From assembly GCA_051362555.1 (NCBI GenBank), contig CM120647.1:17336651-17400650 (forward strand): a DNA stretch of 64,000 nucleotides, in the 5' to 3' direction. Positions 37,506 through 49,951 of the stretch are shown piece after piece. The notes below the pieces were generated by a model. It searched no databases, was not told the DNA's origin, and saw only the letters and a program-made list of their open reading frames with translations. The stretch comes from Lingula anatina. Its lineage: Eukaryota > Animalia > Brachiopoda. Position 1 is the first letter of the stretch. Every line of letters begins with the position of its first letter. The position numbers and the translations under genes are program-made.

Positions 37506-39096
37506 TCACTTGTTGGCGAATATCTCTTCTGCTTGGTGCGCCACTGTCACAAGTACCACAGTATTGGACTTCACGTGCTCGTCTATGACGTCATATGCCC
37601 TGATCAACACATTGGCCACGTGGTTTGACGTAGCCCACACGTGGAGGATCTGCTTGGCCCAGGTTTCCATGGTGTTGTTGGATGACTGGAGTATTCCTGG
37701 TAATAAAATATGGTCACACAAAATAAATAATTTTAAAAAATAATAATAAATAAAAAGCTAAATGCAAGTGAAATTTATGTTGTGCTTGTAAGTCTTCTAT
37801 AAGACCAGTCAGACTAATCCATTGTAAAGTGCTTCTCGTGTTTATCTACCTAGGCATTCGCCCCCTGTGGCTCTAAGTTTTCAAGCTAATTAGCTAAGTA
37901 CCTTTCAACTTCTTGTTCAGCAGCCTGATCGCATCCTCGTGCGTGAATTCCCCTCTGAAGTTCATAGCACGTGTTACTGACACGCCCAGCGTGCTGCCAA
38001 ACATGCTGCACGTGTAGTCTGTGATGGACCCTCCCTCTGGGAAATACTCGACTTCCATCTCTGTCTGGAAATATATTATAGGGCGTTTAAATAAATAAAA
38101 TCCTACATGTAAACTTTTAAATAAAGCTATGATGAATAATATAATTTATTATTAATAAGTATAATTTATTGTGTATTGTGTTCAGTGAAATTCCGCTCTA
38201 TAAATTAGGATGAACATCCATTATTACTGCAAACATATTTGATAAATCGTGATCAAAATTTGATGATTGATTTATTCTATAAGCAACTTATTGTGCAGTC
38301 AATTATGCTTTGATTAATGTAAATAGGTTGTTGGAGATTTACTTGATAGACTACTTTAGCTGATTTGTTCAATGTTTGTGAATTGCCTCATGCAAAACGT
38401 GTTATTTTTCTTACATTTTTCTGTGCACAAATAAGTAAATAAAAAAATATTAAGAATAAATAAATAAATATGATGATTATAATGATGATGATATTAATAA
38501 ATGAAAATATATAAATGTCATAAAATTGCTCGTAAAAAAAACTATTACGTACCAAATTTATAAAATAAATATATAATACATTTCATAAGAATACCTTCAG
38601 CAGAGTGGCCCCGAAGCAGCTTTTCATCATTTCATATGACAACACCTCAGAGACGACCGAGTTCCCTCCAGCGTTAGGCACATCTCTTATCTTGATGGCT
38701 TGCTCCGACAGCGCCATCTTGTCCATCTGCAGCATGGGACGGAATTCACATTGAAACACGCCGTGGGCTTTGTTGTCCTGGACAATTGTCATTAATTTGA
38801 AGGTTTCTTGGCGTAATCTAACAAAGAAGTTCTTGCCGATATAACAGTTAACAGGTTGGCGGATGGCGTGAACTCCGCGTTGGTTTTTGACTCGAACCGC
38901 GTTGCATGTCACAGGAGTAAATTGTGTGGGACCCGCGCAAGGCGCTCTCCGCGTCTTCCTCGAGTCTGAGATCAAAGGAGTCCCATTCTTCAAGAAGAGG
39001 CGAAGAGGTAGGGGAGAACGACCGGTGCCCTTGAACCTTAAAAAACCGCCTCTGCGTGCGGCCCGTCGTAAAGTTGTTTCGCCCAGCAAGCTGCAT
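37506..39096 (-). CDS. AAC4-like protein (Dictyostelium AAC-rich mRNA clone AAC4 family); start unresolved
   Basis: Exon 1 ends at 38595, followed by exons 38064-37902 and 37696-37506. They join in frame to ...PNAGGNSVVSEVLSYEMMKSCFGATLLK|TEMEVEYFPEGGSITDYTCSMFGSTLGVSVTRAMNFRGEFTHEDAIRLLNKKLK|GILQSS...WAKQILHVWA...NTVVLVTVA...IFANK*. The first in-frame ATG is at 38792; the strong-context ATG at 39096 is out of frame. Confidence 0.85.
38848..39096 (-). other. 82-codon upstream ORF overlapping the open +1 frame of the AAC4-like gene
   Basis: Context caaaaATGc. MQLAGRNNFTTGRTQRRFFKVQGHRSFSPTSSPLLEEWDSFDLRLEED...PPTC*. Confidence 0.6.
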
Positions 39097-39239
39097 TTTT
39101 GTTTTCGTCTAAATTATATATTTCTACGATACTTGGCTGCCCAAACGTTTACTAATAATATTTGATCAGTTTGGCTATGATCATATAGTGGCCGGTACTT
39201 CTCAGGTTATTTCGTATCTACCAGGTTCTACATTTTTCA

Positions 39240-39620
39240 GAGATTCAATGCTGTAAAGATGGTGCAATCCTTCCATATATACAGTCGCCAGGGGAAATCC
39301 GTGCCCAAAATAGAAACTAGAATGATATCATTTTCAACCAATCAACGCGCCGATTAATTACGTCAGTGCAGTGGTTAAAAATAGAACTTCTCGTAGAAGC
39401 GAGATATTTCAGGTTTATTTCGTACAAATGATTGTTTTGGATACAAGCATATGTACCACATTTGATTATTAAATGTCTATCGTAAAATGTAAAAACCGGT
39501 TACAATAAGTGAATTTTATATAAATTTTACACTCGATTGACTATAAACAAACAACATGGCGGAGAAGCGACTGAGCCTTCTTCCTTGTTGCCGATAAAGG
39601 AACGCATTCTCTCATAGGTA
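39240..39620. promoter_or_regulatory. Compact bidirectional promoter between the AAC4-like gene (-) and the transmembrane adaptor gene (+)
   Basis: Minus-strand TATA-like TATATAT at about 39275-39281, CCAAT at 39338, TTACGTCA at 39358-39365, YY1-like AACATGGCGG at 39553-39562, then a donor-like ag|gtacgg at about 39617. Confidence 0.5.
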
Positions 39621-41165
39621 CGGGTTTTATGCAGGTATTTTACGCAGAAATATTTTCAATACTTCACTGTAGTTGAGCTGTGCATTTAAAAAGGCACAAG
39701 CCTAGCATACAGATAGAGGCGGATGTGAGAAATGCTGGAAATATGTCGGCCACCGTGACCTCGCCAAGAGGTGATACTGTGACCTGGGACTATCTCATGG
39801 ATCACTGAACGTCTGTGAGTTTCGATTTTGTAGTCGTTGAAAGGAATTTCAGTTGTCAGTTGTATGAGCCGGTGTATCTTTAGTGTTACCACGAAGCATA
39901 TGTTAAAAAGTTTACCTCTAACTTGAGTGTTAACACAGGTTGATGGGCTGTGAACTGAGTGAGGCACTGGATGACATAACACAGTGTCAGTAGGTCTATT
40001 TGGAGTCTGTGGCGTCAGGAAGATTACGCTTCTGCTCAGGTATCCAGCAGTGAGAAGCCTCATTTTAAGACTTAACCCTGCTACCTATAAGTACAATGTT
40101 TTAATAATACTTGCCTTATTGTACGCTGAGGTAAGGAGGGTTAATTAATAGTCACACAACCTTGCACAATACTGAATGACATGTGTAGCTTGTCTCATTA
40201 ATAAGAAAATTTGTTTAATGGACTTGTTTTAATTTCTATTCAGTCAGGCTATAAGACAACTAAATTGAAAATATTGTAGAAAATTCCTTGGAATTCATTT
40301 TTTTTTTGGGGGGGGGTTGGGGGCGAAGGCTAGGGAGATTTAGTTGTGAAAAGTTGTCAAAAGCTGAAGAAAAAATTACTGACAAGCATTTTAGTTTATT
40401 GCCACCACTTTATAGTCTTTCGAAGAGCTTCCATAATGTGGCATCCTATGCAGAAAGAAAAAGAAAGATCCCAGAGGAGAGGAGTACTAGTAGCTGATCT
40501 ATAATGACATAGGTGAAAAAGTCAGATCTAGACAGAACCAAATATAGACCAACATAAAGTAGTTTGTTTTATCATTTTGATAAGGACAGTTAAATGAAGA
40601 TCCCAAAGATAAATCTGTGTTTGTGAACTGATAGATACATGAGACCTTGGCACAGATTTCTTAACAGGAAGTAATCAGTTATCTTTTGAGGTGTGCATGG
40701 GGCATTTTGAAATTTGTGGTATGTTGAACTGTTGTGCTGACAAAGTTTTTACTCTTGAAAGCTGTATTTTACAAAAACTATAATTCATACAGAGTTCAAA
40801 TTTGGTATGAATATTGAATATATTGATGAATATATACTCTTAATTTCACTCTTTTTTTACCTCATAGATACTTCAAATAATTGAGCTGTAATGTTAGGGT
40901 ATATATATATATATGCATAAAGGATCTTTTCTGTGATAAATGAATGAGTTGTGATTGACTGTGCCATGAAATCGGCAGTATTCCAACTCACCATTTCCCA
41001 TAGGGTTGCTTGTTTTTTCTCAACACCTAGACTCTCTTTGCCAGGCAGTTTGTTGGGATAGCTGCTGAAAACTTCACAAGCTAACCTCTTATCTATAGAT
41101 TTTTTTAGTTCCTTGTTGGATTCCAGATAGTGTCACTGATGGTGCAAAAGTCCAATTGAAACATA

Positions 41166-41328
41166 GGGCGCATTCCCATAGATTTTAGATCGACCTATCC
41201 CCGTGGGGAGTCTCACTAGATTACTGTCAGATAATCAGGCTTAAATGTCCCGCCTGCCTACTACAAGCTGTAAGGGGGTAATTAACTTTCGTGGCCGCTC
41301 AGCTGATCTAATCTCTGGGAATGGGGTC
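41166..41328. mobile_element. MITE family A copy with internal deletion, TSD ATA
   Basis: Same TIRs and core sequence, with ata/ata flanks. Confidence 0.8.
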
Positions 41329-43900
41329 ATAGTCTTTGTTTAGTTATCAATCTTATGGTAACTACAAAGATTTTGAAGATAGAGGTATATAAACTTTATA
41401 TATATATATATATATGAAGACTTTTAGATGTGAAAATTCAGTTTTCAAACCCCTCCTGGAACTTTCATGAGTTAAACTGCCTCAAGTCCCCTGGCACCTG
41501 CTTCTAAATCTCTGTGGATTACAATCACTGCAAATAGATCTATCTATAACAATCTGCTACAGGTGGTGGTACTCCAGCTTCACACATACTGTAACATTAG
41601 GAAGTTGGAACATTTTAGTATTTCATTTGTATTTTAAATACAGCACTTTCTGATATTGAAAAACATTTGATTTTGGGTCATTACTGCAACAGTGTCATTA
41701 AGTCTATGTTTCTTTTTGAAAAAAGTTAGAACTATCAAGGATATTTTTTTAAATAATTTATACAAACACTGACAAAATTTAAAGAGGAAGTCTTTGGTAG
41801 TGATGAGTCAGATGTGTGCTGTCCTCTATGTTATTTGAACACCCTTGTGTTTGATAACTTCTATAGTGCTCTTGTGAAAATGAAAGCATTGAGTGAGTGT
41901 ATGTATCTTTATTGTTGATGATTCATGTGTAAAACATTGCGAGTGTATACACTATGGGAGTTTATCCAGTGTACAATTAAAGGCTTGCAATCCTGTGTGC
42001 TTTAGGAGAAAGGTAGGATCATTTTTCTCTCACAAGACCGAGAGAAGCAGACTTATATTTAGTAACTGTGGATATTTGCATCAGTATTATTTTTATCACA
42101 AAGTCAAGTAATGTTGGTTTTCAGCTATATAGAGCTACAACTACTAGTACTAGTACTCCCTCTATATTTATTGCCAAAGCTTACTAGTACACATCTTGTT
42201 GTTGTGCTAAGATTGGCGAACTGGCAGTTCTGATTTTTAGGAGCTAATGCTTGTTTAAGGTGGATACCAGGGATGGACCAGTCATAGTAAGCAGACCTAT
42301 AGGAGTGAGGGTGGGGGTGGGGGTGGAAAAAAACACTATTGAGGCAGAAGGACACTCTGAAGCAAAAAATCTATTTTATCGTGCCAGTATTTTAATGAAA
42401 ACTGTTCTACAAAGATCTGTCTTTGATTGATTTGATTTGATTTTAAGAAAGTCGAAATTAACAACTAGTAATATATATATATATATGAATTTTTTTACTT
42501 GAATGTTGGAAAACATTTTGATCAATAAGGAACGTCTAGTACGTACACTTACTAGTACTATCACATGAATGGTTTAGAAAAGTTTTTTTTTTATTTTGCT
42601 CTCATTTCAGTTTCTGCTTTTTGTAAAAAAAGTAGAAGTTAATTACTAGATTACTGACTTTTTTTTTCGTCATCTCATTCTATGCCTTTTTTGATGCATG
42701 GAAAGTTTTTGACTCAATAAGGTCAGCTGTTACATATATATATATACAGTACATAAGTGTCACGTGTACAAGTATAGTTTTTAGTCTACTTTCTCCTCAC
42801 ACTTCATATTAAGTCATTCTGGTGCCAGAGAGTGCAAAGTATTAAGAAGGTATTAGAGTACCCCTAGGTGTGTCCATTACCCAAAGTTTAAGGCACATTC
42901 ACTGGTAATTGCTGTTGTAAATGGCTGTCCATCAACTTAATGGCACTTGCATTAGAATAACATGAAGTTAAGTATTAGTCCAGGAATGAGCTGAAAGCTC
43001 ACAGATGAACACTATAAGGGGTATAGATGTTAACGTTTACGTCAAGTATCTTGGGAAAAAGATGTTATGGGCAAAGCAGAAATCACCCCAGTTTACAATA
43101 TTGTATTTACTATTCAGTGTAATGGGCGATTATGATATATCAATATCCGTCATCTTTACTTTCTGTTTTGTAGGTGAAACGTGACTGATAGAAATGCAGT
43201 GGTGCACTGTTTCAGGTTGATTGGGACAACTGTCATTTGCTAATAGGGCAGAAAGATGTCTATTTCACTGTCAAGTGTAACATTTTAAAACTGTTGTAGA
43301 AGATTAGCTCTCTTTCAGCTGCAGCTGTTAAGGTCATTTCTTTTAACAAATAATTTAAAACTTTACTTGTAAGATTCTGAATTCACTTCAAAATATTTCA
43401 AAGAAAAAAAGTCATTTTAAATATGCTGCACTACAACATTAATATAAAAAAAAACAAAAAAAAAATTAAGGTATCTCAAATGAAAAAATTATAAAAAGAA
43501 AGTTACTCAATCTTCAATATACTACAGAGGTGATAACACACGTATACCTAGTTCAGTAATATTTCTTTTGCATGATATATGCATGCACTATTTTGTGTTT
43601 TAGTGTAAAGTACATGGCACTGTTTTTATGCCTCTGTCATAACAAGTCAGGAACACAGGATATACTGTGTACATACAATTTCTTTTTATGTAGCACAACA
43701 TGATGTGCCTGTATACTGTGTACATTACGGTGTCATATCATGCTATAACAGCTGTAACTTTCCTCACAGTTGATTTACATAATGTGCATAAAGTACCATT
43801 AGCTGTGATTGTTTACTTCTCATCTGGCGAGTTCACACGAGGAATATTTCGGATTGTATACATGTAAGAAAAAGAATTACCCCGTATTTTCCACTCAACG

Positions 43901-43976
<76 letters not shown>

Positions 43977-45153
43977 CACACTAATCATGGCCTTTCTTGC
44001 ATCTTCCAGTTTCTGATGCAGTGACATCTATACACCAGTATTCAGAGGAAGAAATGATGGGCATATCAACCTGTGTCACATATCCTACCACTAGAATCAA
44101 GGCATGGAAGTAATCATGACACAGCAGCAGGTGAGACTTCTAGGATTGACTGGTTTTTCTGCTTTGCCACAGTCGGGTGTGGGATGATTTGAAAAAGGGA
44201 TCACATTTTTTTTACTGGGAAAATCCCCCACTGTCACTGATTTAAGAAAGGGATCAACCTTTCTTGGGGATGGCTGTTACTAGGAGACCAAACATTGTGA
44301 AGGAGAAGGAGATACTAGTATATAAACCAACCTCATATGGAAAACTGCATGAAGCAGAGACTAGCAACACGCATGTGATAAAAGGTTTAGATTGGTGATG
44401 ACAGCCTTCCACCTGGGAACTGTCTGGTTGTTAATTTGCTCTGTGACTCAGGGGGATTTTTTTTTTTTTTTTTTGGGGGGGGAGGGGGGGATTCCCCACT
44501 GTCACTGAGCCTCTTAAAGAGGCCACTGGCCTTAAAGTGCATGTTTATGGGCAAGTTACCTTTTTTATACTGAAATTTTTTGATGAGACTACTGGTATGA
44601 CTTTCAGTGTTTAAGGGACATTTCCTCATTTTTTTGTTCTAAAGCTTGTTGAAGAGGCTACTGGCAGGACAGTCAGTGTTCACAGGGATATTCCCTGTTT
44701 GTTTTGAGCTTTTTGAAGAGGTTACTAATGGCATGCAATGTTTAATGTCAGCATGAAGTAAATGGCTGAGGTTATTAAACACGTTTGAACATAGACACTG
44801 GTGGCATGCTACCTTTGACACCAGTACAAGGTTTTATGGTTTTGTGTGAGAAAACAATGGTAAAGCCTAGATTACATTTACACTTTTCCAATTTCGCATT
44901 TCCTTAAATTAATCAAGATCATGGTTGCAAATATTTGTCTTTCATGCTTTGCCTAGACTACCTTAAGAAAATAAGTAAACTGCTTTGACAGGTTGACGTA
45001 AAAGATGCTGGACCTATGATCCAATGGATAGAACAAAAAACTCTTTGACCCTTTCAAAAAGTTGTTGGACTCAGGCCAGTGACCCGGCGTTTATTTGAAA
45101 CACTTTTAATCTCTGATTCTATGATTCTATTTCCAGTAATCATCCAGTAGAAG

Positions 45154-48100
45154 ATGTCCCCAGTGTTAGCAGCAAGCAGTATTCAGTTTGGTCCAGTGTA
45201 TGTGGTGTCCTGTGTGGCTGTCACCCTGATTCTCGTGGTTCTTCTACTGCTGTGTGTGTGCACAGAGACCAAAAAAGACAAGCAGTAAGAGTTTATGGTG
45301 TAAACTTTACTTAAGCAGAGATGAGCTTTTTCCGCAGAATTCCACATTTTTTCATTTGATTCTGATGGTTCCTGAGATTCGTCAAGATCTGCAATAAAAT
45401 CTGGGAAGGATAAATCTTCAGAGGTTTTTTTTTTTAACCTAGGCGTCTGCTTAGGGGTTAACAGGGAAGTCATTTAAAGGTGTTGGGTGTAGTTAATTCT
45501 AAACTTCTGAATTATTAGGATTGGAATCTTGAGACATTATTTCTATATCTGGCAATGTTTGTGATAGCACCAATTTCCAATCTCTGCAACTGTGCATATA
45601 ATATAATTCTTCTAGGTAAAATCCATCTCCATTCACTTTATTTCTGAACAGTATGGTATTATATGATGGAATAAGATACAGTAGATGACAAAATATATGT
45701 AACACAACAGTGATATGATATGTCATGGTACAGTACACTACAATGCATTGCAATGCAATATAATTGCAATGAGTATAATTCAACAAACAATTTTCAATTG
45801 CAGTGTGATGAAATATGATATGAATAAAAAAATCATTCTTTCTTTTTTAACCTCAGACCAGCTAATGAGATAGAATTACAAGAGAAGAGGCCTGTTTCAG
45901 CTGTAAGTAAACAGTCATGGGCATCTCAGATTACACATTCACATGTTTCAATCCTAACTCCTTTTACAAGAAGTATTTTCATTATAAAGGAAGTTTTTTA
46001 TCTTATACTTAACAATTCAGTCTGGTTGAGGACATTTCTGTGAATGGGTGACTTACATACTTAGTATTATTTTCAAGATTCTTTATATGGACACACAAAG
46101 TGCTGGCTTCATCTTTCATTGCTGATGTGTGACTTTTAGTACATATATTCAAAGCACTTAAAAGGCAATGAAGCGTACGTTTTTCATGGATTTCCTGTTA
46201 CAGGATGCCAACGATGTTAGAGTCAGTGTGACGGAAGAGGCAGAGACAAAAGAGAAAAATGGCAGAGTGACCAATGGCAACGAATCTCAAAATGGCAAGA
46301 AAACACGGTAGGTACAGTTGATGTGTAACTGAGTCCTTCCAGGGTCAACTTATGTATATTTAAGGTAGCTTAAGAAAAAAACATTTTGAGATTTTAATTC
46401 AGTGTTATTCACATTTTACAAATCCCAATATTGCATTTGGGACAAGTCATTTTGACTTGTAGTTTTTAATAGAAATTTTATTTAAGACTCTAAAAGTTTA
46501 GTCTCCCTCTGTTCTTTTCTATTGTGGTTTTGTATTGTGGTTCCCAGGAACGACTCGAGAAGCTCCCAAAATGCAGCTACCTTGGATCGCGCTCTGCCAG
46601 CCATTCCCATCACCCCACCGTCCGATGTTTTTCAAGAGGAAGAAGAGGACAGCGAGAATTACGATTTGATTCAGCGTGGAGGAGACAATGCCGCAGACGA
46701 AGGAGAAAGTCCCTATGACCTAGTTGGTACAGACACGAAACGGGAAAACCCGTATGCCAAGGTCAAAGGTGCAAACGGTGGAGGAAAGGATTCCGTTGAT
46801 CCATATTCCAAGGTCAAGGGGAAAGGAGAAGATCCTTATTCCAAGGTCAAAGGTGAAGCATCTTCATCCTATGACCCGTATTCTAAGGTCAAAGGTGATC
46901 TGGAGAACACGTATGAGAAGGTTGAGGATGATAAGAGGGCTAAAAATGGAAAGAAAGAGCCGCCATATGATAAAGTGAAAGAACCTGTGAGGGAGCATCA
47001 GTATGCAGAGGTCAAAGGTCAGAGGGAGCATGTGTATGCCGAAGTCAAAGACAAGAAAAAGAATCCCCCAATCGCAGCCTTTGGGGACTCAAATGACATT
47101 GATAAACATCGAAAAAGACCAACATCACAGCCAGTGGTATCTGAGTATGTGGGAGATCCTGACTACGAACTTCCACCAGTGCCAATAAAAAACTTTGGTG
47201 AGGAGGAAGATGTGAGCAATGATCAAACAGACCCCTCCTCACCACCTAATGGAGCTGTCAATCAAACCCTGGCAACTGCCAATCAAAGTCCCACTCCTCC
47301 TCAAGCCCTGCCCTCAGCCCCACCTATTTCCCCGCCCCTTCCTGCTCCTACTGTCATGGTATCTGCAGCTTCATGGAATGGTGAAGGTAAGCAGAATTTG
47401 TGGAGAACTTGGTTAATATTTTTCTTGTTATATAAAAAAATATAATACAACAGATTTTAGTATAATTATTCTGTAACAACAGCATAATAGAAATAAATCA
47501 GTTTCTTTTTATCATCATCTTCCAACATGTGATGAAAAATTGTTGATGAATAAAGTAAATAAATCATGACAAATTATTACGAACTAACTAATATTTTTTG
47601 TCAAGATTTATTTGCTTTTTTCACTAACAATTATCTAAATGTGTGGATTTCTAACATTTTCTTCAGTAATATCCATGCACAATCTACTATCAGCTGCACT
47701 CTCAGCTGCAAAAATTATGATATATAATTGTAACTATAATTTTATAATTATATGCACCTGTTATGTTCTAGTGGACACAGATCCATCTTACACTAAAGTG
47801 ACGGCCAGGGAATCTTTGGCAAGTATACGAGCTCGTGAAGCTCAGAGAGAGGCTAACGAGGAAGATTTCTATGAGTCTGTGACAGACGCTGATGATTCTG
47901 TAGAAGATGACTACTGTAAGGTACAGATGAGGATTAATGTGGTAGCATATTTATAGATAAGATACACATAGACAATCTTGAATTGATTTACCAATGAGTA
48001 ATCATCAAAATATCTGTTGAAATGTGATCATGGCAGTTTAAATGTACAGCAGAGTCCACAAACTCTGTCTTCTTGTGAAGAAAGATGGTTATGATCAATG

Positions 48101-49951
48101 ACATATTTTGTCCATGTTACAACCCATAAAGAAGAAAAACATCAACACTTGGATATGCTCCCAGTTAAATAGTCCTTAAACATCAAAGTTGTATGGAGTT
48201 TGCTTTATTTTCATATTGTTATATATGTATATTGTAAACTTTACACACTAGGTTAATGACACAGATCTGCCGCCCCCTATCCCCACCACGGAGAGGAGTC
48301 CTCTGGCCAAGTCCAAGCATCTGTTTAGGGAGAGTGTGACCAGTGACCTGTATGCAGAAATAACTCCATCAGGTTTGTAGATTAAAGAAAAAAATACTAG
48401 GAACTTGGAATATATTGTGTGCATAAAAAGCTCCCTCAGCTTTGTATGATAGAGGAAAAATAAGACTAGATCCGATACATATTGTTTAAAAATAGAATGT
48501 TCAGGTTTGTGTTATAAATATAAAATAATAGACAATATAAATTTTTAAAAAATCAACATACTGCCTGAGCAGTGCTCTAGGCAGTTTTATCCAAAATTAC
48601 TTCATTTACAGTTTCTACCACTTCTGCCAATTTCATTCTAATTAACATTATTCCACTTATCAAGGCCAGGACTGTCAATGAAAAGCTATGCTTAGTTGAC
48701 TGACAGCTTGTTTTGTGTTCCAGGCTCTACGCGGAGCTCTGCATATGCTTCTGTCAGAGGAACGAAGGAAGATGAAGAAGAGGGTAAGAGTATGAATGTG
48801 TTTTTTTACCCAATCATTTTTAATCCTTTATATATAAAGCAAAATTTACCAAAGAGTGGTTAGCTAGCTCATAAGCATCAATTATAATTAAATTGCAAAC
48901 CAAAACATGAGTTGTTCAGTAAAATAGGTACTTCATAGTGTAGTAATGATAAAAGAGTTGAACATTTGTGCAGAGACTGATCATTTTTCACCTATATTAT
49001 TTGAGAAAATAATACCCTATATTACATGATTACTCATCATATGATTCTGTTATCTTGCGTAATTGGTAAAAAAATTATAAGCTCAAAGACCCTTCTTTCT
49101 CAGACTAGTTATCAGTCAATGCTTGGTAAATATTTCGAAGTCTTGGCCTTTATAATTTTAGAACACATCTAAAGTAAATCTAGCTTAGTATGAGTATGCA
49201 CAGTTGTAATTATCTTTATTTGTGTAGCCACATACACAGCATTATTTTATTTTGTGTCATTTTCTTCCTAGCAGAGGACTCCTCAGAACCTGGCTATTCA
49301 AAAATCAAACACAAGAGGCCACACACAGCATTTGAATTTCCGACAGCTCCCACGGCTGCTGCAGCAAAAAGTGAAGGTCACAATCAAAACAACTCGTTCC
49401 TGTACGCCAAAGTGGACAAGAAAACAAAAAATAGAGACAAGCTAGAACCTGTAAACGGCACAAACACTGCAACAAAAATTTGCGATGTGTCGGAACCAGA
49501 TCCGTATGATAATATCAGCCCGAGTTATCTGATGGAACCAGGACCAGTGTTACGTTGTGTTGAGAATGGGGCAAACAACGATGACATCAACACAGCTGAT
49601 GCTGGGTATCAAACTGTGACTGATATATTTGGAGGTCAAGGTCAAGAGGATGACCTTGACATTGACCCCAATTATGCCACTATGGATGACACAGAGGGAT
49701 TGCGACCTTCACCCCAACAGAGTCAACCTATTAATGATTCAAACCCAAAGCATCAAAATAAGCATTTATCAAAGACTAAAACAGCTGCAGAGTCTTCTGT
49801 CCCGCCTCCGGATGAAGAACCACCAGAGGGCATGATTCACATTAGCCAAGCTAAGCTCAGTCCCACACCTCTGACCAAAAGACCAGTGCAGCATGTGTAC
49901 CAGGAGATCGACATGAAGGGGGAGGTGGAGCCCCCTGCCACACACCTATAG
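45154..49951 (+). CDS. 709-aa type III transmembrane adaptor-like protein (PAG1/Cbp- or LAT-like architecture)
   Basis: Exons 45154-45284, 45857-45902, 46204-46307, 46548-47386, 47772-47920, 48252-48372, 48724-48783 and 49272-49951 total 2130 nt in frame. It has a short ectodomain, TM VYVVSCVAVTLILVVLLLL, juxtamembrane CVC and a disordered tail with many Yxx[V/I/M/P] motifs and PxxP segments. Confidence 0.85.

Noticed and set aside
38975-38985. UCC-UUU in the AAC4 uORF as a PA-X/ASXL-type +1 shift site
   Set aside because: The known motif needs UCC UUU CG; here it is UCC UUU GAU, so tRNA-Phe could not re-pair in the +1 frame.
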